Under the pieces are notes generated by a model. It saw nothing but the letters and a program-made list of their open reading frames with translations. It did not search any database and was not told the origin of the DNA. The translations under genes and the position numbers were made by a program. 56,462 nt of DNA from Octopus bimaculoides (Eukaryota), in assembly GCF_001194135.2 (NCBI RefSeq), contig NC_068986.1, positions 34,394,981 to 34,451,442 of the forward strand, given 5' to 3'. This document shows, piece after piece, positions 36,271 to 48,750 of the stretch. Every line of letters begins with the position of its first letter. The first letter of the stretch is position 1.

Positions 36271-36483
36271 ACTCTTTACTCTTTTACTTGTTTCAGTCAT
36301 TTGATTGCAGCCATGCTGGAGCACTGCCTTTAGTCGAGCAAATCGTTCCCAGGACTTATTCTTTGTAAGGCTAGTACTTATTGTATCGGTGTCTTTTTGC
36401 TGAACCGCTAAGTTACGGGGACGTAAACACACCAGCATCGGTTGTCAAGCGATGTTGGGGAGACAAACACAGACACACAAACC

Positions 36484-36546
<63 letters not shown>

Positions 36547-36704
36547 GACAGACTTCTTTCAGTTTCTGTCTACCAAATCCACTCACAAAGCTTTGGTCGG
36601 CCCGAGGCTATAGTAGAAGACATTTGGCCAAGGTGCCCACGCAGTGGAACTGAAGCCGGAACCATGTGGTTGGTAAGCAAGCTACTTACCACACAGCCAC
36701 TCCT
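36271..36704 (-). mobile_element. Full-length SINE A1
   Basis: Reverse complement of the 8276 copy, with (CA)n(TA)n hinge. Confidence 0.93.
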
Positions 36705-37859
36705 ATATATATACATATATATATATGTGTGCTTGTGTGTGTATATATATACGCATACACTTGTGTGTGTGCGTGAGTGTTTATATGTGTGTCGAAATTT
36801 GTTTGCTGTTGGGTCGAGTTGCGTCCCATTGTGTGAAAGCAACACATAACGCATTGATACATAAAGATTGCTAAAAATAAATACCAGGTTGATATAACTA
36901 ATGGAATTGATGTGATTGACTAGAATTCAGTGCCCCAGCTTGGCCACTGTCCATTGATTAAGAAGCAGTAAAAGACTATAAGTGTTGTGCATATATATGT
37001 ATTCGTGTGTGTGTGTGTATACAGTTGCGCATATTCAATATAATACACCTTTGTATCTGGGAATGTTCTCAGTTATTCTTTACGTGTTTATTTAAATTTG
37101 GTTTATGTGTATACAATGTGTATACAATGAGCTACCTTAAAATAGATTCTATATATATGTTATACATACATATATATACATGCTAATTTGAATATATAAG
37201 CATGTACATTTTCTCACCCCCACACATGCATGTATGTATATATAAGTATATACATGCACACGCTTGTGTGTATGTATATATATTTTTACACACACATACA
37301 TGCATACACGCTCTTATATATGTTCAAAATATATGTACATGTGTGTGAACATATTTATGAACATGCACGCACACACACACATACATATTAAAAATTCATT
37401 GTATGTGCACATGAACATACACACATGCTCACACATGACTATGTAGGTGAGAAGTTTGCTTTCTCACCACTTACTCTCAGGTTCAATCCCATGGTACAGC
37501 ACATTGTGCAGGTGCCTTCTACTATAGCTCTGGGCTGACCATAGCCTTGTGGGTGACAAAAGGCCGTCATATATATTGTATGAGTGTATACATGTATATA
37601 TAATGTTTGTAGGTGTATATATATATATATTGTTTATGTAATGTGGAAAACAAAAGGAAAATGACAACACAGGTAGGACAAGTTTTAACAAAAATTGAAT
37701 TAGTTTAACGCTTAAAAGAAAGGGGGTGATTCCGTTGCAAGGATCAGCAATATATAAATGCATATGTATTTATGTATGTGCGTATAATACAAATGTGTGT
37801 GTGAATATAATGCAGCTACATGTGTTTTTGTGTTTCTGTGTGTTCGTTTACTACTGCAG

Positions 37860-37920
37860 TTGCTCGTATGAATGTGCGGTCGGTACTGTTGGCAGATTCT
37901 CCTGTAAACAAATCTGTCAG
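37860..37920 (+). CDS. Candidate 61-nt exon (CSYECAVGTVGRFSCKQICQ or ARMNVRSVLLADSPVNKSV)
   Basis: Acceptor TTCGTTTACTACTGCAG|, donor CAG|GTACTT; may instead be decayed A2 body. Confidence 0.2.
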
Positions 37921-38103
37921 GTACTTGGAAACTTCACAGCCATTTGAAATGAGTGATCCCTTGCTTCTATAAATAGGTAGGGAGGCGGTATCAGTTAGGA
38001 AGGGCATTGTCCAACCCTTGCATGTTGGGAAAATCAAACAAGGAGCATATGAACAAATGAATTTGTGTGTGGGTATATATATATATCTCAATCTTTATAT
38101 AAG

Positions 38104-38139
<36 letters not shown>

Positions 38140-38141
<2 letters not shown>

Positions 38142-38397
38142 GATGCTTGACCTAGTGGTTAGACTGTTGCATTGATGATCACCAGATCATGGGCGCGATT
38201 CTCAGACTAGGTGGCACAGTGTGTTCATGAGCAAAACACTGCATTTCACATTACTTTAGTTCCCCCCTTTTGATCGGTTTGGTAATATTGGCCTGCTCAC
38301 CTACTCAGCGGGGTACCTTCATTTGAAGGCTAAAATGATACAAAGCGTATTGTGTAACAACATCTGATAGTCCGGTTGGTCAAGTAATCGCGTGATA
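38140..38397 (+). mobile_element. Different tRNA-derived SINE (family E)
   Basis: tRNA-like head TGACCTAGTGGTTAG...GATTCTC, GTGTTCATGAGCAAAACACT, TTTGAAGGCTAAAA..CAACATCTGATAG..GTGAT end; family recalled from octopus. Confidence 0.6.
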
Positions 38398-38429
38398 CAC
38401 ATACACACATTAAATGGAACCTTGAACAA

Positions 38430-38740
38430 GTTGTTTTCTACTTGTGGTCCCAGGCTGACCAAAGACTTAAGAGTGAATTTAATAGAAACTGAAAAGAAGC
38501 CCATTCTGTGTATGTGTTTGTTTTTCTTTGTCTTCATATCTCATGGTAGTTGTAAATGGGTGTCACTGTCATACAAATAGTGCCATTCGTTCCTCCCTTC
38601 TCCGTTCTGTGAAAAACATGTCTGGCAATAGTGGGAATGTTACCATGAAAAGAAGTAAGGGTTGGTGACAAGAAGGGCATCTGGCTGTTGAAAATCTGCC
38701 TGCCCCATGCAAGCATAGAATGGTGGATGTAAGATGATGA
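38430..38740 (+). mobile_element. SINE A2 (CORE + body + RTE-type tail)
   Basis: GAAACTGAAAAGAAGCCC, AAAACATGTCTGGCAA, GAAGGGCATCTGGCTG..CCCATGCAAGCATAG..GATGATGATG. Confidence 0.8.
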
Positions 38741-38857
38741 TGTGTACATGTATGTAAATAAACACACACACATATATATATATATATACACACATGAATA
38801 CATAGATATATATATACACATATATAATTATCTATCTATCTATATATATATATATTA

Positions 38858-39041
38858 ATCTTTTACTTGTTTCAGTCATTTGGCTGTGGCCATGCTGGAG
38901 CACCACCTTTAGTCGGGCACATCGACCTCAGGACTTATTTTTTGTAAGCCTAGTACTTATTCTATCCATCACTTTTGCCAAACTGGTAAGTTATGAGGAC
39001 ATAAACACACCCGCATCAGTTGTCAAGCAATGTCGGGAAGA

Positions 39042-39083
<42 letters not shown>

Positions 39084-39265
39084 CATACATACATATATAT
39101 ATACGACGGGCTTCTTTCAGTTTCCGTCTACCAAATCCACTCACAAGGCTTTGGTCGGCCCGAGGCTATAGTAGAAGACACTTGTCCAAGGTGACATGCA
39201 GTGGGATTGAACCCGGAACCATGTAGTTCGTAACCAAGCTACTTACCGCACAGCCACTCCTACGC
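38858..39265 (-). mobile_element. Full-length SINE A1
   Basis: Reverse complement of the 8276 copy. Confidence 0.93.
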
Positions 39266-39800
39266 ATATATATATATATATATATATATGCATAGACATC
39301 CGCATTCACACCAGTACAATTATATTTCATTTACCAAAGCTCTTTGATTTGTTTATATGCCCTTCTATTTGCAATATCACACCTACAACTCTCTTGTTTA
39401 TTATTATACGCGCCGCAAACACACATCATATTGCTATGATTAAATTTGCTCCTAAGTCATCTCTCCATCTACATATGATCTATTTTTCAAATTATTGCAC
39501 AACACAGCTAATACTAATATCCTTCTTATTGGCAAAATTTGGTGGAACTGGGAGAGTTCTTAGCCAGTGTGGTTCCTCGTCTGGATTTAATTATCGCTGA
39601 CTAGCTCTTCTAATTCTTCTTTTATTATATTTCTTTTCATCTTCTTTGAGCCCACCTAATAATCTTAGCAGAATGAAGCCATTAGACTTTCATGTTCTCC
39701 TATCTTTATATTAAAAATTAAGCAATTTCTTTAACTTCTAAACATTCATTTATAACCATGTCACAGTCACTAATTTCTACATTCTTAAGTTCTGCTTTTT

Positions 39801-39852
<52 letters not shown>

Positions 39853-39989
39853 CTCCTTGTACACAGCAGTTTCCCATTTTTATTCCACAGCTATCTTCTC
39901 TTTGTACACATATATATGTGTGTATATACATGCATATGTGTGGGGTTGTGTATATATGTGGGGTATGTATATAGGCAAATCGATAATGA

Positions 39990-40114
39990 ATGATGATTTC
40001 AAAGACAAAAACAGTAAAAGTCAAAGGGACGTTCACCAAGAATATATGTGTGTGTATATATATATATATCTATGCATGTAGATGTATATATTTATTCATA
40101 TATATATATGTATA

Positions 40115-40181
<67 letters not shown>

Positions 40182-40312
40182 TTGTATGAATATATATATT
40201 TATATATATATATGTATGTATATATATATTTATATATATGTATATATATATATATATCTATGTATATATATATATTTATAGATATATGTAGAGATATATA
40301 TGTTGGTGTGTC

Positions 40313-40344
<32 letters not shown>

Positions 40345-40348
40345 CGTC

Positions 40349-40380
<32 letters not shown>

Positions 40381-40398
40381 GTATATACGTCATATATA

Positions 40399-40487
<89 letters not shown>

Positions 40488-40500
40488 GTCTACACTATAT
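39990..40500. repeat. Long compound (AT)n microsatellite
   Basis: Visible; includes a local duplication of TATACGTCATATATATGTATATG. Confidence 0.95.
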
Positions 40501-40664
40501 TACATTTGTGTGTATATGTTTGCATATACCTCACCTGTGATCAACCTTCTAGACATGTAAAATTTGAAGTCACATATGACCTCTTATTATTTTTAAAACT
40601 GTCTCTCTTCACACTGTATTGAGTACTTTTATCAGTAAATTATGGTCATATATTTAATGTGTAT

Positions 40665-40721
<57 letters not shown>

Positions 40722-42267
40722 CACACATATATATATATATCTTATATATCCAATATGAATGAATGTAATATCGTTGTTTTGAAAAACCATTTCATTATAT
40801 TTGCAATTGTATATTTTATGTAAATATTATTATTATTATTACACTCAGATATCCCAATACGTGTGTGTGCCCATAATATCACTATTTGAAAACCACTTAA
40901 TTTTTTGGGCCCCTAAATATATTTTTATTTTAGATATGTATTTAAAAAATTTTTTTTTTCTTCTAACATCAGCAGAACATTATTTTTTTAATAAATTCCT
41001 ACTCTAGGCTACTCAAGTGCATTCTGTGTATATATTTCTTTTTACTTAATTTATCTTGTTAATTTAATTTAATACATTCTTTTCATGTCATGACACACAG
41101 TTTTTTCCTTCCTATTTGTAATTTACTCCTTGTATTACATAGCATATAGATTGCATATTAATTTTTTTTCTTAATATACGCACACATGCGCGTGTGTGCA
41201 ATCTGCATGTAGTATATTGTACAAGTGTGTATATAAATACATGCACATAAATACAAAAACACAGGCATACATATGTTGCATATTGTTTGTGTATATATTG
41301 TCTTGTGTGTGTGATACATATATATATGTATGTATGTGTGTGTGTATATATATATGTATGTAAATATTTATATATCTGGTTTGACTTCATTATTACAACT
41401 TGTATATATATTGTGTATATATGTATATGCATACTCATTAATATTTGTTTCAACAAATAAGAGAAAAAGTACTCAAAATGCCCTTTCAAAAATGTATGAG
41501 AAAAACATTTAAAAAAGAGGGAAACAAAATTATAAGCCCCCCCCCCCAAATTCAGAATAACAATGCATTGAAGTTGCTTCATCTTTCAATAAAAACATTT
41601 CTCCGTACACATGTTATTCAGTGCATTTATGTAGGTATTTAAACTGATGGGCAACGATATGCAGTTATTTCTGAAGGTCCGAAGGGCTCACTGTATATAT
41701 CTAGTTACCCTAGCTTGAAGTGATAGAGAGATAAATCCCCCGCTTTGATAGGATGTATGTCTGTAAAACTTAAGATTTCTAGATCTGATTNNNNNNNNNN
41801 NNNNNNNNNNNNNNNNNNNNNNNNNNNNNNNNNNNNNNNNNNNNNNNNNNNNNNNNNNNNNNNNNNNNNNNNNNNNNNNNNNNNNNNNNNNNNNNNNNNN
41901 NNNNNNNNNNNNNNNNNNNNNNNNNNNNNNNNNNNNNNNNNNNNNNNNNNNNNNNNNNNNNNNNNNNNNNNNNNNNNNNNNNNNNNNNNNNNNNNNNNNN
42001 NNNNNNNNNNNNNNNNNNNNNNNNNNNNNNNNNNNNNNNNNNNNNNNNNNNNNNNNNNNNNNNNNNNNNNNNNNNNNNNNNNNNNNNNNNNNNNNNNNNN
42101 NNNNNNNNNNNNNNNNNNNNNNNNNNNNNNNNNNNNNNNNNNNNNNNNNNNNNNNNNNNNNNNNNNNNNNNNNNNNNTATATATATAACCCCAGGAGCAA
42201 ATACATATATATATGTGTTTATGGTTTTTTTTTTTTTTTTGCTACTTGTGTGTTTGTGTGTCTATAA

Positions 42268-42429
42268 CAATCACTGGCAAATTGTGGCCTCTGGGCCATA
42301 TGCAGTCTGCTGGACATTTGGAACCAGTATGCCTTACGAAAAAAATTACCTTGAACTTTTTTTTTGCACTGTGGCCCACTTGAGTTTGTTTCAAGGGGCC
42401 TGCTCCTTTAAACAGGTTGCCCATACCTA
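42268..42429. mobile_element. Degenerate hAT-type MITE
   Basis: GGCAAATTGTGGCCTCTGGGCCATATGC left and GTTGCCCATACCT right resemble CAGGCATGGGCAA-type hAT termini. Confidence 0.5.
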
Positions 42430-42552
42430 CACGCACACACACACAGGCACTTTAATATGTATACATATATACATACATGTATACATGTATACATACATGC
42501 ATACATTCATTCATATCTATATTCACACACAGTTACATAATATAATATATAT

Positions 42553-42742
42553 GGGAGTGAGCTCACATAATCCTCAACAGCATTTTGTATATCTTTTACG
42601 TTCCGGGTTCAAATTCTGGCACGGCCGACTTGGTCTTTCATTTTCTCAGGGTTGATGAAATAAATACCAGTTGAGCACTGAGGCTGATGTAACCCACTTA
42701 ACAACCCTCAACATGAAATCATTGGTCATGTGCCTATATTTG
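42553..42742 (+). mobile_element. SINE B
   Basis: GGGTTCAAATTCTGGCACGGCCGACTTGGTCTTTCAT..AAATACCAGTTGAGCACTG. Confidence 0.8.
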
Positions 42743-42751
42743 ACCCCCCCC

Positions 42752-42785
<34 letters not shown>

Positions 42786-44405
42786 CTATATATATANNNN
42801 NNNNNNNNNNNNNNNNNNNNNNNNNNNNNNNNNNNNNNNNNNNNNNNNNNNNNNNNNNNNNNNNNNNNNNNNNNNNNNNNNNNNNNNNNNNNNNNNNNNN
42901 NNNNNNNNNNNNNNNNNNNNNNNNNNNNNNNNNNNNNNNNNNNNNNNNNNNNNNNNNNNNNNNNNNNNNNNNNNNNNNNNNNNNNNNNNNNNNNNNNNNN
43001 NNNNNNNNNNNNNNNNNNNNNNNNNNNNNNNNNNNNNNNNNNNNNNNNNNNNNNNNNNNNNNNNNNNNNNNNNNNNNNNNNNNNNNNNNNNNNNNNNNNN
43101 NNNNNNNNNNNNNNNNNNNNNNNNNNNNNNNNNNNNNNNNNNNNNNNNNNNNNNNNNNNNNNNNNNNNNNNNNNNNNNNNNNNNNNNNNNNNNNNNNNNN
43201 NNNNNNNNNNNNNNNNNNNNNNNNNNNNNNNNNNNNNNNNNNNNNNNNNNNNNNNNNNNNNNNNNNNNNNNNNNNNNNNNNNNNNNNNNNNNNNNNNNNN
43301 NNNNNNNNNNNNNNNNNNNNNNNNNNNNNNNNNNNNNNNNNNNNNNNNNNNNNNNNNNNNNNTATATCATAATAATAATAATAATACTATTATTAGGGAT
43401 AAAAATCCAAATTTTATTTATTGTGCTTTTACTTATTAATTTTTCTATATGTGACAGTGGATTATCATCGATGAGTTCATGAACCTTGGTTCTTTTCCCT
43501 AAAACTATATAATTTTTGTGTATATGCACATGCATATATATATATATATAGATGTAATTTTTTTTATAGGTATATATTTGTGCTTTACATGCTTGTGTGT
43601 ATTGTATTACATAAAACATGCACATATAAACAGAGGCACACTTACATAAGATTAAAATATATATATATATGTACATACACTTACGCACACTTACACACAT
43701 GTATAGGCATGTCTGCATGTGTATACACAAACACACACATATATTTATATATATATGTAGACTGTATAAAATACAAAACCACTTTTATCTCTGATTCTCT
43801 TTAATCTGGTGATATTTCAAAGATTAGCAAAAGCAGAAATTTAAATGAATGCAATTTCCGAAAACTTTGCACTGCTTTTCCATCTGCCTTAGATTGCAAG
43901 TGAAAGTATGCATGTGTGTGTGTGTATGTTTGTATATGTATATATGTGTGTGTACTCGCATTCATGCAATCACACACACACACACACATGTATACATACA
44001 CGCATGTGGACGTATGTTTCTGTATGGTTATGTATATTATTCTTTGCTCTCTGCGTGATGTATTTCAAATTCTGTGATATCTTTTCTTAGTTAAAAATCC
44101 TTTGATTTCGAGAAAACTTTGATCTCACATGCTTTTTCTCCGTCTCAAAGAAGCTTTATTCAGGCATTATTCGGCACTTGTCTGTGTTGTCACATGGAAG
44201 TGAACAGTTTCAAATTTATTTCAACAGCACTAAGTTTTAAAAGAGAATAAGCTATTTATTATTTCTTTATTTTTTTTGGTAAGTTTTTTTACTTTTTTTT
44301 TTATTCCATTAAACAATGTCAAACAAGCCTACAAACAGCATCATTGATACTTACATATGTACATAGATTGAGGCATCTATATATGTGTGTGTGTGTGTGT
44401 GTACC

Positions 44406-44438
<33 letters not shown>

Positions 44439-44644
44439 ATATATATATATANNNNNNNNNNATATATATATATATACTTACATGTGCGTAAACATCGTCA
44501 CGCATGTATATTTATCTGCACCCATATATACGTTGCACATATATGAATATGTATGTTTTGATATGCATGCACACACACAGACACATGCAACCAAACGTGT
44601 GTGTATGTATGTATAAAAATGTGTGTGTGTGTGTGTGTGTATGT

Positions 44645-44870
44645 GGTGTTGTTGGTGTCATTTCGGTCCCATACTGGCCCCTGATGAAGTTGACCTATGA
44701 TGAAAGGCAATCTTGCCACGAGCATTATATCAATTTCTTTTCTGGTATTGAGTACTTCAGAATACACTATCCCCGTGTGTCCCTTCCCATTTCTGTAAGA
44801 GGGTATATTGAGGTTCGATAGGTGCTTTGCTGATATTTCTAGCAACTCAAGTGACCAGTAAGAGGCTCTT
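44645..44870 (-). mobile_element. Repeat family D copy
   Basis: GACCTATGATGAAAGGC...GCTGATATTTCTAGCAACTCAAGTGACC..GAGGCTC. Confidence 0.65.
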
Positions 44871-44914
44871 TTGTTAACTCCTATATATGCATATGTGTGT
44901 TTTTAAAATGTGTG

Positions 44915-44947
<33 letters not shown>

Positions 44948-44949
44948 AC

Positions 44950-44989
<40 letters not shown>

Positions 44990-46698
44990 AAAGTAGGATT
45001 TTTTTTAATTGTCAGTGATGTATTGCACACACACACACACACACACACANNNNNNNNNNNNNNNNNNNNNNNNNNNNNNNNNNNNNNNNNNNNNNNNNNN
45101 NNNNNNNNNNNNNNNNNNNNNNNNNNNNNNNNNNNNNNNNNNNNNNNNNNNNNNNNNNNNNNNNNNNNNNNNNNNNNNNNNNNNNNNNNNNNNNNNNNNN
45201 NNNNNNNNNNNNNNNNNNNNNNNNNNNNNNNNNNNNNNNNNNNNNNNNNNNNNNNNNNNNNNNNNNNNNNNNNNNNNNNNNNNNNNNNNNNNNNNNNNNN
45301 NNNNNNNNNNNNNNNNNNNNNNNNNNNNNNNNNNNNNNNNNNNNNNNNNNNNNNNNNNNNNNNNNNNNNNNNNNNNNNNNNNNNNNNNNNNNNNNNNNNN
45401 NNNNNNNNNNNNNNNNNNNNNNNNNNNNNNNNNNNNNNNNNNNNNNNNNNNNNNNNNNNNNNNNNNNNNNNNNNNNNNNNNNNNNNNNNNNNNNNNNNNN
45501 NNNNNNNNNNNNNNNNNNNNNNNNNNNNNNNNNNNNNNNNNNNNNNNNNNNNNNNNNNNNNNNNNNNNNNNNNNNNNNNNNNNNNNNNNNNNNNNNNNNN
45601 NNNNNNNNNNNNNNTATATATATATATATATATATATATTATGTGTTTGCATGTGTGTGACCTGCATCTATTACACATATATACAGACAAATGCAGATAT
45701 GTATACATGTGCATACATAAATATATGCGGTTGTATACGCGTTTGTGTATTATGTATATTTGTATGTGTTTATATATGAATGTAGTGTGTGTATTTAAAT
45801 ATACATGTAATTATTGTATAAATGTGTGAATTTATATATGTGTATATAAATATTATATATGTCTGTATTTATATATACATATGTAAATATTGTATATTTG
45901 TGTAGATATGTGTGTGTATATTTATATATGTACATATGTGTGTATTTGTATAATTACATATGTAATCTATATAATGTATATGTGTGTGTGTGTGTGTGCA
46001 CGTGCATGTACATACACGCATATTTATCATGCATATCTTTTTAATTATTTGTGTGTAATTGCCAAAAATCTAGTTTTCCCTGGCTTTTTTCAATTTTATT
46101 GTGACTCAAGTTTGCAGAACACTTTGCGCACGCGTGTGTGTGTGTGAAAGAAAGTGTGTATTCTATTCTATTTTATTTTTATTGAATGAATTTCTTTTTT
46201 TTTCTTCTTTTCAAAAATTATTCGTGATTATTTAGTTATCAATTGTTCCTCGGTGTTCATTAGACGGAGTGTTGCAATGGTTTGCATGTTTGTGGGTATG
46301 TGCATGTATTTGTGTGCTTATGTAATTGTTTACATGCCCGTGATATGATATTAATTTCTATGTGCATATATGTATGTGTCTGTATGTGGGAGTTGATGCT
46401 AATTAATTTTATATTGATATGGATAGTTTGCCTAATGAATGAAAACGAAAGAAAATTTTTAAAAAAATAAATGCTTTTGTTTTCGTCTTCAAACCAGTTA
46501 AAGGGATCTTCATATCTGACATTTAGCATAGGGTATATTCTTCAGGGAACAACCATTTAAAAAAAAAAAATGTTGATATTATTATTATTATTATTAATTA
46601 TACGGGCTGTGTTGTATTCACCTTTTTGTTTTCCGCATTGTTATTCTAAACCCTGTTTATGATGATTATTATTATTCTATTTAGATAAAAAAAATATC

Positions 46699-46730
<32 letters not shown>

Positions 46731-46941
46731 TATTTTAATTTCAGTAAATTTAGATATTTATTTTAGTTTGTGTTTTTAGATAAAAACTTTGTTTTCCTTT
46801 CTTTTACATTTTGTTTTCTTCAGTTTAAATGTTTAAGCGCGAGAAGATATTTAGATATTTTCTAAACTCAAAGAAAAGACAATTAAATAAGCAATTATTT
46901 TGTTTGCATATACAAACCCAATCACATATGTTATACACACT

Positions 46942-47036
<95 letters not shown>

Positions 47037-47039
47037 GAG

Positions 47040-47135
47040 CCTGGTGCAGCCATCTGGCTCACCAGTCCCCAGTCAAACTGTCTAACCCTGGAAAGTGGAC
47101 GTTAGACGACGATGAGGAGGAGGATGATGATGATA
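47040..47135 (+). mobile_element. RTE tail fragment
   Basis: GAGCCTGGTGCAGCCATCTGG..CAGTCAAA..GGAAAGTGGACGTTAGACGACGATG. Confidence 0.8.
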
Positions 47136-47287
47136 TATATAAAATTTTACAAGCTTTACACCTATGTATAAGATTCGTTATGCATCCTGTATGTGGTGGC
47201 TTAAAAAAAAATGTATGCGCGAAATAGATACATCCTAATTTCAAGCAACACATATTCTACGAAAAATGTGTTTTTAACATATTAAAG

Positions 47288-47555
47288 CAGTGGCTTTCAA
47301 CTGGGGCCTGTTCGGCCCTTAGGGGTCCATATAAAATTTTGTTGTTAGAATTTATGTGCGATAAATTGGTTATACTTCTACAATACGCAAAATATATTCA
47401 CATATATTTTTTTTTTTACACAGTTTGTAATATTTAATTATATAGATATAATGTTTTTTTTTTTAAACATTGAATGACTTAGGAGGGGGTCCATCTGAGT
47501 AAAATAGGAATCAAAGGGGTCGATAGGTAAAAAAAAAAGGGGTTGAGAAACACTG
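47288..47555. mobile_element. hAT (Charlie-like) MITE, 268 bp
   Basis: TIRs CAGTGGCTTTCAAC / GTTGAGAAACACTG (11/14); 8-bp TSD TATTAAAG / CATTAAAT (6/8). Confidence 0.85.
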
Positions 47556-47590
47556 CATTAAATCTTATTGGAAATCCAACTTTTCACACT

Positions 47591-47625
<35 letters not shown>

Positions 47626-47794
47626 TGTGCATGATGTTTCTATTATATGATGAGTTTGATGGGTGAGATGTTGCTCAAAATACGTGATTAGGGGTGGAGG
47701 GCAGTTTTTAATAGACTTCTAACCCAACCATCACAATTCTTGTTCGCGTGTTCGTGTTACATATACATGTATATACACACACGCATACATGACT

Positions 47795-47957
47795 GGGGGC
47801 TTATTTCGGTTTCTCTCTACCAAATGCACTTGCAAAGCTTTGGTCTGGTCAGAGCTTTAGCAGAAGACACTTGCTCCTGGTGTCACGTTGTGGCACTGAA
47901 CTGAAATCCTGCAGTTGTAAAGTCAACTTCTTATCACACAGCCGTGCCGGTGCTTAT
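47795..47957 (-). mobile_element. SINE A 5' half
   Basis: GAAGACACTTGC..GGCACTGAAC..CACACAGCC. Confidence 0.8.
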
Positions 47958-48393
47958 ATAGTTCTTTAATTTTTATACATACATAAGTTTATTTACATCC
48001 ACCCACAAATGTACACAAGCTGCGTATTGGTTTCATCCTTCCCCATGTATTTTATAACCTAATCTTAAGGGCGACAGTTATAAGTATCACCGTGCGACTC
48101 GTCTGATAGTCAGAGGAGCTGTATGGCAAAGTAAATAACAGTCACTCCTTGTTTTTAAAATAAAAATATATATATAACTACTCAACATTTCATACTGAGT
48201 TTTATGTTGCATTATATTTAACATACATAAATATTTTAAGTACTTACAATGTTATAACGCTATACAAATACACAAACACACAAAGAATGGTACGGATACT
48301 ATTTCCCTGTGTAATAAACAAAGCTTGTATACTTGTATATTTTTTTCTTTCCGTTTGTTGGTGTTTTATTTTCCATGTCAGCATGGGTTAGAT

Positions 48394-48713
48394 CAGGGGT
48401 CCCCAAACTTCTTAGACTATCGACCCCTTCATGGAATCTTTGACTCCTCATCAACTCCCTAGTACTTATTTTATTGTTTTTAAAGCCTGGCACGTATTCT
48501 GTCAGCCTCTTTTGTTGAACTGCTAAGTTACAAGGACAAAGACACAAGGACACACATGAAGGGCTTCTTTCAGTTTCCGTCTAGCAGATCCACTCACAAG
48601 CCTTTGGTTGGCCTGGCTATAGTAGAAGACATTTACTCTAAGATGCCATATAGCAGGACTGAACCCTAAATCCATGTGGTTGGGAAGCTATCTTCTTACC
48701 ACACAGCTACACC

Positions 48714-48716
<3 letters not shown>
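48394..48716 (-). mobile_element. hAT TIR fragment (CAGGGGTCCCCAAACTT at 48394) joined to SINE A1 remnant (48460-48716)
   Basis: Visible motifs; preceded by an RTE-tail remnant TTCCATGTCAGCATGGGTT. Confidence 0.7.

Positions 48717-48750
<34 letters not shown>

Noticed and set aside
48248-48306. Minus-strand 59-nt exon candidate with GTAAGT donor
   Set aside because: Hydrophobic peptide derives from GT-rich low complexity; phase incompatible with the 50630 candidate
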